NCBI RefSeq assembly: GCF_938040765.1
Contig: NZ_CALIAA010000088.1
Span: 1 to 35,508 of the forward strand
From: an uncultured Fretibacterium sp.
GTDB lineage: Bacteria; Synergistota; Synergistia; Synergistales; Aminobacteriaceae
Direction: 5' to 3'
DNA length: 35,508 bases
Shown here one piece after another: positions 18,009 through 27,703 of the stretch. The notes below the pieces were generated by a model. The model worked only from the letters and a program-made list of their open reading frames with translations. It had not been told where the DNA came from and made no database searches. The number at the start of each line of letters is the position of its first letter. Positions within the stretch are counted from its first letter, which is position 1. The translations under genes were made by a program, and so were the position numbers.

Positions 18009-18976
18009 CGCTCCTCACCGCCCCGGGCGGGGGCATAGAGGGCCAGGCGTCCGAGGAGCTCGAGGCGGGCGGCCCGCCCCGGAGCGGGAGGGGTCATAAC
18101 CCCCCGGTCCTTCAGCCCTATGGGGACGCCCTCCCTCCCCGCCTCGAGGGCCCTCCCCGCCGCAATGGAGAGCCCGCGTTCCACGCCGTTCCTCACGAGA
18201 GCGTCCAGGTCTATCGTGCGCCCCGAACGGACGTGCGGGGTCTCGAACAGGCGCGTGCGCAGCTTTCCGGTGCGGGCGGAGATCTTCCAGTGAATGCGGT
18301 TTACGGGATCGCCGGCCTGATAGGGCCGAACGCCGGCAACCTCCTCCGCATCGAGCGGCGCTCCGACGGGACGGTCCTCCTCCTCGTCGGGCCTGCCCTC
18401 GTCGGCCCAAACGGACGAGGGCCGTTCGGGAAGCGGGGTGGGGAAGACCAGCGCTCCGGACTCCGGGGGCGTGTGCCCCCATCGGACGAAGAAGTCGAAG
18501 GGGTATGCGGAGGCCACATCCAGGGCAAGGGCCGCCCGTCCCCGGCGGGGCAGGGTCATCCATACGCTGCGGGACGCGGTCTCTCCCCGGGGAACGATCC
18601 CGAAAAAAGCACGAACGGGCTCCTGAAGGCCGTCCCATTCCCCCACCGGGCGCGCGGAGACCTCGATCATGTGGATCGAGGCGAAACGACGCCGGTTCCG
18701 CGCCTTGACGACAAGCCTGAAGGGCCGCCCCGCATAGATCTCGTCGGGCAGCTCCGCCCACGCCTCGGCCCCCATGACGTTGCGCCATCCCGCGACGCCC
18801 GAGGCCAGCAGGTAGCCCAACATCAGGGACGTCACGAGACAGAGCAGGTTGTTCCCGCTGTTGACGGAGACCACTCCCAGAACGATGGTCAGGACGACAT
18901 GGACCACGCCCGCCGTCCTGAATCGAATCACAAGAGTTTCTTTTCTCCGGGGCCTCGGTCCTCTGCGCATCCGCAT
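18005..18976 (-). CDS. DUF58 domain membrane protein
   Basis: C-terminal part of ORF 18005-19699. ATG 18976 overlaps the MoxR TGA (TGATG). NSGNNLL TM hairpin, SAYPFDFF, GVRPYQAGDPVNRIHWKISAR. Confidence 0.9.
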   Translation of the reverse strand: MRMRRGPRPRRKETLVIRFRTAGVVHVVLTIVLGVVSVNSGNNLLCLVTSLMLGYLLASGVAGWRNVMGAEAWAELPDEIYAGRPFRLVVKARNRRRFASIHMIEVSARPVGEWDGLQEPVRAFFGIVPRGETASRSVWMTLPRRGRAALALDVASAYPFDFFVRWGHTPPESGALVFPTPLPERPSSVWADEGRPDEEEDRPVGAPLDAEEVAGVRPYQAGDPVNRIHWKISARTGKLRTRLFETPHVRSGRTIDLDALVRNGVERGLSIAAGRALEAGREGVPIGLKDRGVMTPPAPGRAARLELLGRLALYAPARGGEER

Positions 18977-19923
18977 CAGGGGATGGGCACAACATCCAGG
19001 ATGGACTGGAGGATCTCGTCCCGGGACGACGAGCTCCCGGCCGAAGGCTGAAGGCGGTGCGCCAGGATCTCGGGCGCCAGAAAGCGGACGTCCTCGGGGA
19101 CGACGTAGTCCCTCCCCCGCATCCAGGCCAGGGAACGGGCCACCTGCAGGGCCATCATGGCACCGCGCGGGGACACGCCGCACTCCAGCTGCGGATGGGT
19201 CCGGGTCCTCTCCGCAAGGTCCAGGACGTAGTCCAGGATTCGGTCGTCGACCCGGACGTCCCGTTCGATCCTGCCCTGCAGCGCGACGATCTCCTCCGCG
19301 GTGAACAGGGAGGGAAAGGAGAAGAGATCCTGCCGCTGGGATCCCAGCCTTAAAATTTGCCGTTCCGCATCCCTGGAGGGATAGCCGACGGACGCCTTGA
19401 CCATGAAGCGGTCCATCTGCGACTCCGGGAGCGGGAAGGTTCCGGCATGTTCGACGGGGTTCTGCGTCGCGATGACGAAGAAGGGCCGCGGCAGCGCGTA
19501 GCTCGTCCCGTCCACGGTGACCTGCTCCTCCCCCATGGCCTCCAGCAGTGCGCTCTGCGTCTTGGGGGTCGCCCGGTTGATCTCGTCCACCAGCAGCAGG
19601 TTGTTGAACACCGGGCCGGGGTGAAACTCGAACTGCCCCGTCTCGGCCTTGTAGACGCTCAGGCCCGTGACGTCGGTCGGCAAGAGGTCGTTGGTGCACT
19701 GCACCCGTCCGAACCGCATCCCCAGGAGGCGCGCCGCAGCCAGGGCCAGGGTCGTCTTGCCCAGCCCCGGCAGGTCCTCCAGAAGAAGGTGTCCCCCCGC
19801 GAAGACACAGGCAAGAAGCCGTATGAGGACGGCCTCCTTGCCGTGCAGAATGAGGGAAAGCTGCCGGAGGGCCTCCGCCACCCTCGGGTTGGCGGCCTCA
19901 AAGGAATATCCCTGATCGCTCAT
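18976..19923 (-). CDS. moxR: MoxR family AAA+ ATPase
   Basis: ATG 19923 with GGAGG SD. GHLLLEDLPGLGKTT, LLVDEINRATPKTQSALLEAM, ATQNP, GTFPLPESQMDRF, SPRG. Confidence 0.95.
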   Translation of the reverse strand: MSDQGYSFEAANPRVAEALRQLSLILHGKEAVLIRLLACVFAGGHLLLEDLPGLGKTTLALAAARLLGMRFGRVQCTNDLLPTDVTGLSVYKAETGQFEFHPGPVFNNLLLVDEINRATPKTQSALLEAMGEEQVTVDGTSYALPRPFFVIATQNPVEHAGTFPLPESQMDRFMVKASVGYPSRDAERQILRLGSQRQDLFSFPSLFTAEEIVALQGRIERDVRVDDRILDYVLDLAERTRTHPQLECGVSPRGAMMALQVARSLAWMRGRDYVVPEDVRFLAPEILAHRLQPSAGSSSSRDEILQSILDVVPIP

Positions 19924-20064
19924 CGAAAAACCTCCAGAAAAACGCTTTTCACCCCGGACCGAAAAGACTTCTTCCAGGCCCAAAAGGCCCCCCGCCGCGA
20001 AGGTCTCCAAGGCCTCTTCGGGACGGCGAGACGACCGGCAGGGCGACATTCCAGCCGCCTCACG

Positions 20065-20073
20065 ATTTTAACA
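20065..20073 (-). promoter_or_regulatory. Putative extended -10 (TG-T-TAAAAT) for the moxR operon
   Basis: Minus strand TGTTAAAAT in the divergent moxR/kdsA spacer. Confidence 0.45.
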
Positions 20074-20221
20074 CTCCTTTCCCCCCTACACAGTGCGGCC
20101 GATGGAGCGGGATTGGGGCTCCGGCCCTTTCCTTCCCCCTCGAATTGCGCTAATATGACTCATTGTAATCGAAAGTACAGGGGAGGCTTCGGCCTTTCCC
20201 CGAAAATTCCCCAATGGGAAC

Positions 20222-20261
20222 AAGGATGGTACCTCGATGGAAAGGATGGTACCCCAATGGA
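20222..20261 (+). repeat. 20-bp tandem direct repeat (2 copies, 18/20 identical) spanning the kdsA SD and start codon
   Basis: AAGGATGGTACCTCGATGGA / AAGGATGGTACCCCAATGGA, preceded by a partial copy CCCAATGGGAAC. Confidence 0.85.
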
Positions 20262-21102
20262 AAGATCGAACGAGAGATACAGGCTCGGGGATTTCGTCAT
20301 CGGCGACGGACGCCTGACGGTCCTGGCGGGGCCCTGTTCGCTGGAGAGCCCGGAGCTGGGCCTCGAGGTCGCGCGGACGATGAAGGACCTCTGCGAGGCC
20401 CGCGGCCTGCCCTACGTCTTCAAGGCCTCCTTCGACAAGGCGAACCGTACCTCCCTGCGCTCCTGGCGCGGTCCCGGCCTGGAAAAGGGCCTGGAACAGC
20501 TCGCGCGGATCAGGGCGGCGGCGGGCGTCCCCGTGGTCACGGACATCCACGAGAGCTGGCAGGCAGAGCCCGTCGGGCGCGTCGTGGACATCGTTCAGAT
20601 CCCCGCATTCCTGTGCCGCCAGACCGACCTTCTCGTCGCCGCCGCCGCTACGGGGAAGATCGTCAACATCAAGAAAGCGCAGTTCCTGGCCCCGGAGGAC
20701 ATGGCCCACGCCGCCGCGAAGTGCCGGGAGGCGGGCAACGACCGCGTTCTGCTGTGCGAGCGCGGTACGACGATGGGCTACCACCGCCTGGTCGTGGACA
20801 TGGCCGGGCTGGTCTCGATGCGGGCCCTGGGGTATCCCGTGGTGTTCGACGCCACGCACAGCGTCCAGCGCCCCGGAGGGCTCGGCGGCTCGAGCGGCGG
20901 GGACCGTACTTTGGCCTTGCCGCTCGCCCGGGCGGCGGCGGCCGTTGGGATCGACGCGCTGTTCGTCGAGACGCATCCCTCTCCCGAGGACGCCCGAAGC
21001 GACGGCCCGAACATGATCCCCTTGAGCGAGATGGGCGTCTTTCTCGATCAGGTGCTCGCCATTCACAACGCCCGCCGCGCCGCGGCAGGGGGAGCACGAT
21101 GA
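20257..21102 (+). CDS. kdsA: 3-deoxy-8-phosphooctulonate (KDO8P) synthase
   Basis: 3' part of ORF 19357-21102. AGPCSLES, FKASFDKANRTS, QIPAFLCRQTDL, FDATHSVQ, ETHP, SDG. The AGPC Cys suggests the metal-dependent class. Confidence 0.97.
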   Translation: MERSNERYRLGDFVIGDGRLTVLAGPCSLESPELGLEVARTMKDLCEARGLPYVFKASFDKANRTSLRSWRGPGLEKGLEQLARIRAAAGVPVVTDIHESWQAEPVGRVVDIVQIPAFLCRQTDLLVAAAATGKIVNIKKAQFLAPEDMAHAAAKCREAGNDRVLLCERGTTMGYHRLVVDMAGLVSMRALGYPVVFDATHSVQRPGGLGGSSGGDRTLALPLARAAAAVGIDALFVETHPSPEDARSDGPNMIPLSEMGVFLDQVLAIHNARRAAAGGAR

Positions 21103-22109
21103 GCGCCATCCTGCCGTGCGAGCGCCCCGGGGAGAGCTTCTCGGACGAGGACCTGCTGCGTTCCGGCAGAGAACTCATCCGCACCGAGGCCGCGGAGCTG
21201 CTGCGCGCCGCGGAGCGGCTGGGGCCCGAGCTGGTCCGGGCGGCGCGCGCCCTCTACGGATGTTCGGGGCGCGTCGTCGTCGTCGGGCTGGGCAAATCCG
21301 GGCACGTGGGGCGCAAGATCTCGGCGACCCTGGCCTCCCTGGGCACCCCTTCCTTCTTTCTCCACGCCGCGGAGGGCTCCCATGGGGACCTGGGGATGGT
21401 CCGCAGCGAGGACGTGGGGCTCTTCGTCAGCAACAGCGGGACGACGAGCGAGGTGCTGGCCCTTCTGCCCCATTTCCGCAGGATCGGAGCGACGATGATC
21501 GCCGTGACCGGACGTATGGACTCCCCCCTGGCGCAGCACTCGGACATCGTCATCGACTCCGGGGTGGAGCGGGAGGGCGATCCCCTGCAGCTCGCCCCCA
21601 TGAGCAGCACGACGCTGCAGCTCGTGATCGGGGATGCCCTGGCCGCGATGGTGACGCAGCTGCGCGGCCTGCGCCGCGAGGACTTCGCCCTGTTCCACCC
21701 CGGAGGGACCCTGGGACGGCGCCTGCTGACGCGGGTCCGGGACGTCATGGGCGGCCCCGACCAGCTGCCCGTGGTGCGGCGCGGCGTTCCGGTGAAGGAA
21801 GCGCTCTTCGCCATCACCAGCAAGAACTACGGGGCCACCTGCGTCGTGGACGAACGGGGCGGACTGATTGGCATCTTCACCGACGGGGACCTGCGGCGTC
21901 TGATGGAGAGAAGGGGGGCCGAGGCCTTCCGGGTTCCCATCGAGGAGGCGATGACCCCCAACCCCAGGACCATCGCCCCGGACAGCCTGGCAGCCGAGGC
22001 CGTGCGTGTCATGGAACGCATGGAAATCAGCGTGCTCGTGGCCGTCGAGGACGGCCGCCCCGCGGGGATGGTGCACATCCACGAGCTTCTGAAGGCCGGT
22101 GTGGCTTAA
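21099..22109 (+). CDS. kdsD: Arabinose-5-phosphate isomerase (KpsF/GutQ, SIS plus CBS pair)
   Basis: ATGA overlap with kdsA. GLGKSGHVGRKI, HGDLG, FHPGGTLGR, IFTDGDLRR. Confidence 0.95.
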   Translation: MSAILPCERPGESFSDEDLLRSGRELIRTEAAELLRAAERLGPELVRAARALYGCSGRVVVVGLGKSGHVGRKISATLASLGTPSFFLHAAEGSHGDLGMVRSEDVGLFVSNSGTTSEVLALLPHFRRIGATMIAVTGRMDSPLAQHSDIVIDSGVEREGDPLQLAPMSSTTLQLVIGDALAAMVTQLRGLRREDFALFHPGGTLGRRLLTRVRDVMGGPDQLPVVRRGVPVKEALFAITSKNYGATCVVDERGGLIGIFTDGDLRRLMERRGAEAFRVPIEEAMTPNPRTIAPDSLAAEAVRVMERMEISVLVAVEDGRPAGMVHIHELLKAGVA

Positions 22110-22173
22110 ACCTCGCCCTCCTCAGGGCCCCCCGGCCGACCACACCTGCATATTTCTTGAAGAGAGGAACTTC

Positions 22174-22938
22174 ATGAAACTACGAAGCGCATATAAAATA
22201 CTGGGCGTCATCCCCGCCCGTTACGCCTCCACCCGCCTGCCCGGCAAGGTTCTGGCGAATATCTGCGGCAAGCCCATGATCCAGCACGTCTACGAGCGGG
22301 CCCTGCGGGCGCTCTGCCTGACGGGGCTCGTCGTGGCGACGGACGACCGGCGCGTGTTCGAGGCCGTCCGCTCCTTTGCGGGCGATGGGGCCGCGGTGAT
22401 GACGTCGCCGGAGCACCCCAACGGGTCGAGCCGCGCCGCGGAGGTTTTGAAGAGCCGGGACGCCGACGCCGTGATCAACATCCAGGGCGACGAGCCCCTG
22501 CTGGACCCGGCCATGATCGACGAGGTGGCCGAGGCCCTTTTCTCGGGCCCCGACGTCGTCTGCTCCACGCTCTGCCGCCCCATGGAGGCGGAGGCGGACC
22601 GCTCGAACCCCAATGCGGTCAAGGTGGTGCTGGGGCAGAACGGCGACGCGCTCTACTTCAGCCGTTCCCCCATCCCCTACCCGCGCAGCACGCCCCGCGT
22701 CCCCGTCTACGAGCACATCGGCATCTACGGTTACCGGTCCGGCTTCCTCAAACGCTACGCGGAGCTCCCCATGACGCCCCTGGCGGAGACGGAGTCGCTG
22801 GAACAGCTCAAAATCCTGGAACACGGATACAGGCTCCGCGTCGCCGTGACGCGCTGCGGCGGCTCGGGACCGAGCGTCGACACCGCGGAGGACCTGGAGG
22901 CGGTGCGGCGGATGCTGGAAAGGACAAAAAAACCGTGA
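22174..22938 (+). CDS. kdsB: 3-deoxy-manno-octulosonate cytidylyltransferase
   Basis: IPARYASTRLPGK, INIQGDEP, ALYFSRSPIP, HIGIYGY, ESLEQL. GAGGA SD. Confidence 0.97.
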   Translation: MKLRSAYKILGVIPARYASTRLPGKVLANICGKPMIQHVYERALRALCLTGLVVATDDRRVFEAVRSFAGDGAAVMTSPEHPNGSSRAAEVLKSRDADAVINIQGDEPLLDPAMIDEVAEALFSGPDVVCSTLCRPMEAEADRSNPNAVKVVLGQNGDALYFSRSPIPYPRSTPRVPVYEHIGIYGYRSGFLKRYAELPMTPLAETESLEQLKILEHGYRLRVAVTRCGGSGPSVDTAEDLEAVRRMLERTKKP

Positions 22939-24026
22939 CGGCGGCGATCCGGAATACAGCTGCAATGGAGACCTCCGAGGATATCGTCATGGATATCTCC
23001 GGGGAGACCATTCATGTCGCTCTGCCCGACCATGATGCGACGGGAGAGTATTCCCGGCATGCGGGCGTCGTCATGCAATCCATCTTCGATAACACGCAGA
23101 GGTCCGTCTGCGTCCATATCCTCCACGACGAGCCCCTGACGGACAGGAACAGGAACAATTTCAAGGCCGTGGCCGAATCCCACGGGCAGCAGGTCGTCTT
23201 TGACGACGTCAGCTCCCTGCTTGCCCGGATGGGGCAGAGCGCCTCCCGGTTGACGACGCTCTCCCGCTACTCCGTCGGGGCCCTTTTTCCGATCCTTGTC
23301 CCCTGTACGCTGACGGCGGACAGGGCGATTTACCTCGACAGCGATATCGTCGTCAACCTGGATATCGGAGAGGTCTGGGATATCGACATGAAGGGCAGGG
23401 CCCTCGCCGGGGTGCGGGACGACTTCCTTTCCTCGAGACGGCGCCGTTTTCTCTCTCCCGAGGCCCTGTCGGCACGCCTCAACGGATGCGACCTTTCCGG
23501 CTACGTCAACTCCGGCATGCTGGTGTTCGACTTGCGCAGGCTCCGGGACGAGGGCAGGGAAAATCTCCTCGAGGCCTGTTCCCTGTGGTTCGAGCGTCAC
23601 CGGCACACTGCAAGGTACCTGGATCAGGATTTCCTCAACGCCCACTTCAAGGGCGACATCACGTTCGTCGACGAACGCTTCAACCGACACGGCTCAGCCG
23701 GGGACACCGAAAACGCCGTCATCCACTATACCGGCCCGGTGAAGCCCTGGAACGGGATGTTGGGCCGTTCAAAGGAGCTGCCGTACTGGCTGTATTTTTC
23801 CAGGACCCCCTGGGCGCAGCCCCTGGAGGAGGTCCTTGTCCGTAACATGATGGAGGCGGCCATGGGTTCCCCCAACATGCATCCCCACGTCTCGCGCTGC
23901 TATAAAAAGATACTTTCCCGCCTGCGCCGGGATCTCCTCCGCTGGGTTTCCCGGGCCGGGACCTGGACGGCGATTCTGTGCGCGGAGTCGCTTTGCAGAT
24001 TGAAAGGGCACTTCGAATCAAAATGA
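22935..24026 (+). CDS. Glycosyltransferase family 8
   Basis: GTGA overlap with kdsB. IYLDSDIVV (DxD), YVNSGML, DQDFLN, HYTGPVKPW. Confidence 0.92.
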   Translation: MTAAIRNTAAMETSEDIVMDISGETIHVALPDHDATGEYSRHAGVVMQSIFDNTQRSVCVHILHDEPLTDRNRNNFKAVAESHGQQVVFDDVSSLLARMGQSASRLTTLSRYSVGALFPILVPCTLTADRAIYLDSDIVVNLDIGEVWDIDMKGRALAGVRDDFLSSRRRRFLSPEALSARLNGCDLSGYVNSGMLVFDLRRLRDEGRENLLEACSLWFERHRHTARYLDQDFLNAHFKGDITFVDERFNRHGSAGDTENAVIHYTGPVKPWNGMLGRSKELPYWLYFSRTPWAQPLEEVLVRNMMEAAMGSPNMHPHVSRCYKKILSRLRRDLLRWVSRAGTWTAILCAESLCRLKGHFESK

Positions 24027-25198
24027 CTATGAATGAGGACCGCAGGGGGCCCAAAGGTATCCGGGAGGCCCCGTTGGAACGACACACTCATGGAGCTCGG
24101 GAACTCATGGACGGGGGCTCGGAACGGACGGCCGAAAATGACGTCGTCCACGTGGTCCTTGGGGTTTATGATCCGTCGGGGACCTACTCCCGACATGCCG
24201 GGGTGGTCATGGCCTCCATCTTCGAGAAAACGCGAAGCTCCGTATGCGTGCATATCCTGCACGACCGGACCTTGACCGACGAAAACAGGGACAAGCTGCA
24301 GCGAGTCGCCGATGCTTATGCCCAGGAGGTTCGATTCGAGGATGTCTCCCAAGCCATCATGGGAGTCGGCGACACGGCGCTGGCCCGGGGCGAGAAGATC
24401 CTTTCCCGAGGCGCTCTTTTCCGCATCCTCATCCCCTCCCTGCTCTCGGAGGAAAGGGTCATCTACCTGGACTGCGACGTCCTCGTCAATCTGGACGTCA
24501 GGGAGCTTTGGGACGTTCCTCTCGAGGGACGCCTTCTGGCCGGAGCGTTGGACTATCCCCCCCGAAAGGCCAAACGATCCTTCTCGGCCGAGGCGCTCCG
24601 CCTGCGACTGATAGGCTCCCGTATCTCGGAATACGTCAATTCCGGCGTTCTTCTGATGGATCTGCGGCAGATCAACCGGGAGCTCGATCTGGCGGCAAGC
24701 GCCGCCCGGTGGTATCCGCGCTACGGGCACCAGATCAGCCATGCCGATCAGGACTTTATCAACTCCTTGTTCCGCGGCAGGATCAAGATTCTGGAGGACC
24801 GCTTCAATAAGCGGGACCTGGAGGGGGATGTGGAGGACGCCATCGTCCACGCCATCCGCCACCCCAAACCATGGGAGGGGTTCCGCGGGACGCCTCTGGA
24901 ACGTCTGTACTGGAACACCTATCTGAAGACTCCCTGGGGGAAGGATCAATCGAGGGAAGCCCTGATCGATCTCCTGATCGGCGTTGCCGCCCGTTCTCCG
25001 CTCACGCACCGACATACGGGACAGTGTTACGGGAGGGTATTCACGCGTCTTTGGCGCGACATCCTGTGCAACGACAAGTTCTCCATCCTGTGGGTACTCC
25101 TGAAGGAGGGGCTCCATTGCGTATCCGCATCCCTCCGCCCCGACCGACATCGACATTCCAATGCAGGCGTCCCGGAAGATCCCCGCTCCGTGCGTTAA
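24023..25198 (+). CDS. Glycosyltransferase family 8 (paralog of the upstream gene)
   Basis: ATGA overlap at 24023 (ATG 24107 is an alternative). IYLDCDVLV, YVNSGVL, DQDFIN, HPKPW. Confidence 0.92.
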   Translation: MTMNEDRRGPKGIREAPLERHTHGARELMDGGSERTAENDVVHVVLGVYDPSGTYSRHAGVVMASIFEKTRSSVCVHILHDRTLTDENRDKLQRVADAYAQEVRFEDVSQAIMGVGDTALARGEKILSRGALFRILIPSLLSEERVIYLDCDVLVNLDVRELWDVPLEGRLLAGALDYPPRKAKRSFSAEALRLRLIGSRISEYVNSGVLLMDLRQINRELDLAASAARWYPRYGHQISHADQDFINSLFRGRIKILEDRFNKRDLEGDVEDAIVHAIRHPKPWEGFRGTPLERLYWNTYLKTPWGKDQSREALIDLLIGVAARSPLTHRHTGQCYGRVFTRLWRDILCNDKFSILWVLLKEGLHCVSASLRPDRHRHSNAGVPEDPRSVR

Positions 25199-25213
25199 GG
25201 AGGATGTGCTGAC

Positions 25214-26287
25214 GTGATAGCGGACAAATTTTTTCTCGTTACCGGTGGCGCCGGTTTTATTGGCAGCAACCTCACGCATCATCTCCTGGAACGGCGTGCC
25301 GGCGTCGTCGTACTGGACAGCCTGACCTACGCCGGACACAAGGCATCCCTTGCAAGGGCGTTTGAAGATCCCCGTTTTACCTTCGTCGAAGGGGATATCG
25401 CCGATGCGGAGTTGCTTCGCAGCCTTTTCGAGCGATACCGTTTCGCCGGAGTCCTCAACCTGGCGGCGGAATCCCATGTGGATCGCTCCATAGACGCCCC
25501 CTCCGCCTTCATCAGGACCAATATCGAGGGGACCTTCCGCCTGCTGGAGGCGGCGCGTTCCTGGCTGGACGGCCTGGACGGGCGGAGCGATGAAAAGGCG
25601 GCGTTCCGTTTCCTGCATGTCTCGACGGACGAGGTGTTCGGCTCCCTGGGGGATACGGGCCGCTTTTCCGAATCGGACCCCTACGCCCCCAACTCTCCCT
25701 ACGCCGCTTCCAAGGCAAGCGCGGACCACCTGGTCCGCGCCTGGCACCGCAGTTACGGACTGCCGACACTGACCACAAATTGTTCCAACAACTATGGGCC
25801 TTATCAATTTCCGGAAAAGCTGATCCCGCACATGATCCTCTCCATCCTTCGGGGCGGAGAGCTCCCGATCTACGGGGACGGCAGGAACGTCCGCGACTGG
25901 CTCTACGTCGCCGATCACTGCAGCGCCCTGGCGGCTGTCCTGGAGCACGGACGTCCTGGAGAGAGCTACAACGTGGGAGGAAACTGCGAGCGCTCCAACC
26001 TCGAGGTGGTGAACCTCCTCTGCGATATCCTGGACGAGCGGCGCCCCGGGAAGGATGGACGCTCCCACAGGGAGCGCATCCGTTTCGTCCCGGACCGTCC
26101 GGGCCACGACCGCCGCTACGCCATCGACAGCTCGAAAATCCGAAGGGAGTTGAACTGGAAACCGGAACACGCATTCGAATCCGGGATCCGCGCAACCGTT
26201 TCCTGGTACCTGGAAAACGAGGCCTGGCTGCAATCCGTCACGAAGGATTATCAGCTGAAGCGCCTGGGCATGAGGGGGCCGTCATGA
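25214..26287 (+). CDS. rfbB: dTDP-glucose 4,6-dehydratase
   Basis: [50 protein letters not shown]. Confidence 0.97.
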   Translation: MIADKFFLVTGGAGFIGSNLTHHLLERRAGVVVLDSLTYAGHKASLARAFEDPRFTFVEGDIADAELLRSLFERYRFAGVLNLAAESHVDRSIDAPSAFIRTNIEGTFRLLEAARSWLDGLDGRSDEKAAFRFLHVSTDEVFGSLGDTGRFSESDPYAPNSPYAASKASADHLVRAWHRSYGLPTLTTNCSNNYGPYQFPEKLIPHMILSILRGGELPIYGDGRNVRDWLYVADHCSALAAVLEHGRPGESYNVGGNCERSNLEVVNLLCDILDERRPGKDGRSHRERIRFVPDRPGHDRRYAIDSSKIRRELNWKPEHAFESGIRATVSWYLENEAWLQSVTKDYQLKRLGMRGPS

Positions 26288-27150
26288 TAAGAAAGGGAAT
26301 CATCCTGGCCGGAGGAAGGGGAACGCGGCTGTACCCTCTGACCCTGGCCGTCAGTAAACAGCTGCTGCCGATTTACGACAAGCCCATGATCTATTACCCC
26401 CTGACGACCCTGATGCTGGCGGGGATACGCGACATTCTGCTGATCTCCTCCCCCGAGGACATCGATCAGTATCGGAGGCTTCTGGGAGACGGTTCGCAGC
26501 TGGGGATCAGCCTGAAATACCGCATCCAGCCGCTACCTGAAGGGCTGCCCCAGGCGTTTCTGCTGGGGGAGGAGTTTCTCGCCGGCGAGGGCGCGGCCTT
26601 GATCTTGGGGGACAACGTCTTTTATGGCTCCTCTCTGAGCGAGATGGTTAGAAACGCCGCCGCTCTCGAGTGCGGCGGCACCGTGTTCGCCTATCGGGTC
26701 AAGGACCCGGAGCGCTATGGCGTCGTCGAGTTCGATGAGAAGGGGAAGATCCTGAGTCTGGAGGAGAAGCCCTCCCGGCCTCGGTCGCATTACGCCGTCG
26801 TGGGACTTTATTTTTTCGACGAAACGGTTGTCGGGAAGACGCGGCGGCTCTCCCCCTCCGCTCGTGGAGAACTCGAGATCATGGATCTGATCCGGCTTTA
26901 CCACGACGAGGGGAGCTTGCGGCTGGAGCCGATGGGACGTGGTTTCGCCTGGCTGGACACGGGAACGCACGAGGCCCTCTCCGAGGCGGGGACCTTCATT
27001 GAGGTCGTCCAGAAGCGCCAGGGTCTGATGATCGCCTGTCCGGAGGAGATCGCCCTGCGCAGCGGCTGGATCGCGAAGGACAAGCTCCTTTCCACGATCG
27101 AACGTCTCCGGGGTACGGATTACGCCCGGTATCTGGAAGGTCTCCTGTGA
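26284..27150 (+). CDS. rfbA: Glucose-1-phosphate thymidylyltransferase
   Basis: ATGA overlap. [43 protein letters not shown]. Confidence 0.97.
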   Translation: MIRKGIILAGGRGTRLYPLTLAVSKQLLPIYDKPMIYYPLTTLMLAGIRDILLISSPEDIDQYRRLLGDGSQLGISLKYRIQPLPEGLPQAFLLGEEFLAGEGAALILGDNVFYGSSLSEMVRNAAALECGGTVFAYRVKDPERYGVVEFDEKGKILSLEEKPSRPRSHYAVVGLYFFDETVVGKTRRLSPSARGELEIMDLIRLYHDEGSLRLEPMGRGFAWLDTGTHEALSEAGTFIEVVQKRQGLMIACPEEIALRSGWIAKDKLLSTIERLRGTDYARYLEGLL

Positions 27151-27215
27151 GGGAGGGAATCGAAAGGGCCCGCGTCTCTCGAACCTCCGAGCTCTGCTTA
27201 CCCGATGCGCTTTTC

Positions 27216-27259
27216 GTTGCAGTCGTGTCGTAGTCGTATTGTAGTCATGTTGTAGTCGT
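27216..27259 (+). repeat. Degenerate 11-bp tandem repeat x4 (consensus RTYGYAGTCRT)
   Basis: GTTGCAGTCGT GTCGTAGTCGT ATTGTAGTCAT GTTGTAGTCGT, immediately before ATG 27260. Confidence 0.85.
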
Positions 27260-27703
27260 ATGGGAGGACTGAAATTCGCTGTGCTGCAGGACATAAAAAC
27301 ACGGGCCGCAAAGCCCTCCGTGTTGGGAAGGGTCTCGTTCATCGAGGCGCTTCGCGACGTCCCCTTCGAGATCAGACGCGTGTACTATTCCTATGGCGTG
27401 GAGCCCGGCGGCGTGCGGGGAGGACATGCGCACAAGGCCCTGAGGCAATTTCTGGTCTGCGTGAACGGGGCCATCGAGGTTTTTCTGGACGACGGCCTGG
27501 GCAGGACGGAGACCTTTGTTCTGAACACCCCCGAAAAAGGTCTGTTCCTCGGGCCCGACCTGTGGCACACCATGCGTTGGATCGAGAGGGACAGCGTCCT
27601 GTTGGTACTGGCTTCCGATCATTACGATGAATCCGATTACATTCGCGACTACGACACGTTTGTCTCACGAATGCAATCATTCGATGGGAGGCGATTGCAG
27701 TGA
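27260..27703 (+). CDS. FdtA/QdtA-family dTDP-4-keto-6-deoxyglucose 3,4-ketoisomerase (cupin)
   Basis: VPFEIRRVYY, RGGHAHK, WHTM, LVLAS.HYDE.DYIRDY. The true start may be GTG 27281 (GGAGGA at 27263-27268). Confidence 0.92.
   Translation: MGGLKFAVLQDIKTRAAKPSVLGRVSFIEALRDVPFEIRRVYYSYGVEPGGVRGGHAHKALRQFLVCVNGAIEVFLDDGLGRTETFVLNTPEKGLFLGPDLWHTMRWIERDSVLLVLASDHYDESDYIRDYDTFVSRMQSFDGRRLQ

Noticed and set aside
20214..22109. Apparent 631-aa N-terminally extended KdsD overlapping kdsA
   Set aside because: The extension is Arg/Gly/Pro-rich off-frame translation of kdsA. KdsD has a normal ATGA-coupled start at 21099 with a GGGGGAG SD.
27216..27259. CRISPR-like interpretation of the repeat
   Set aside because: The units are 11 bp, directly adjacent with no spacers, and there are no cas genes.
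27224..27658. 13-bp perfect inverted match (CGTGTCGTAGTCG at 27224-27236 / CGACTACGACACG at 27646-27658) flanking most of the fdtA-like gene, suggestive of an invertible segment
   Set aside because: The downstream copy encodes part of the family-conserved YIRDYD motif, no recombinase is nearby, and a chance match is plausible. Read-orientation analysis could revisit it.
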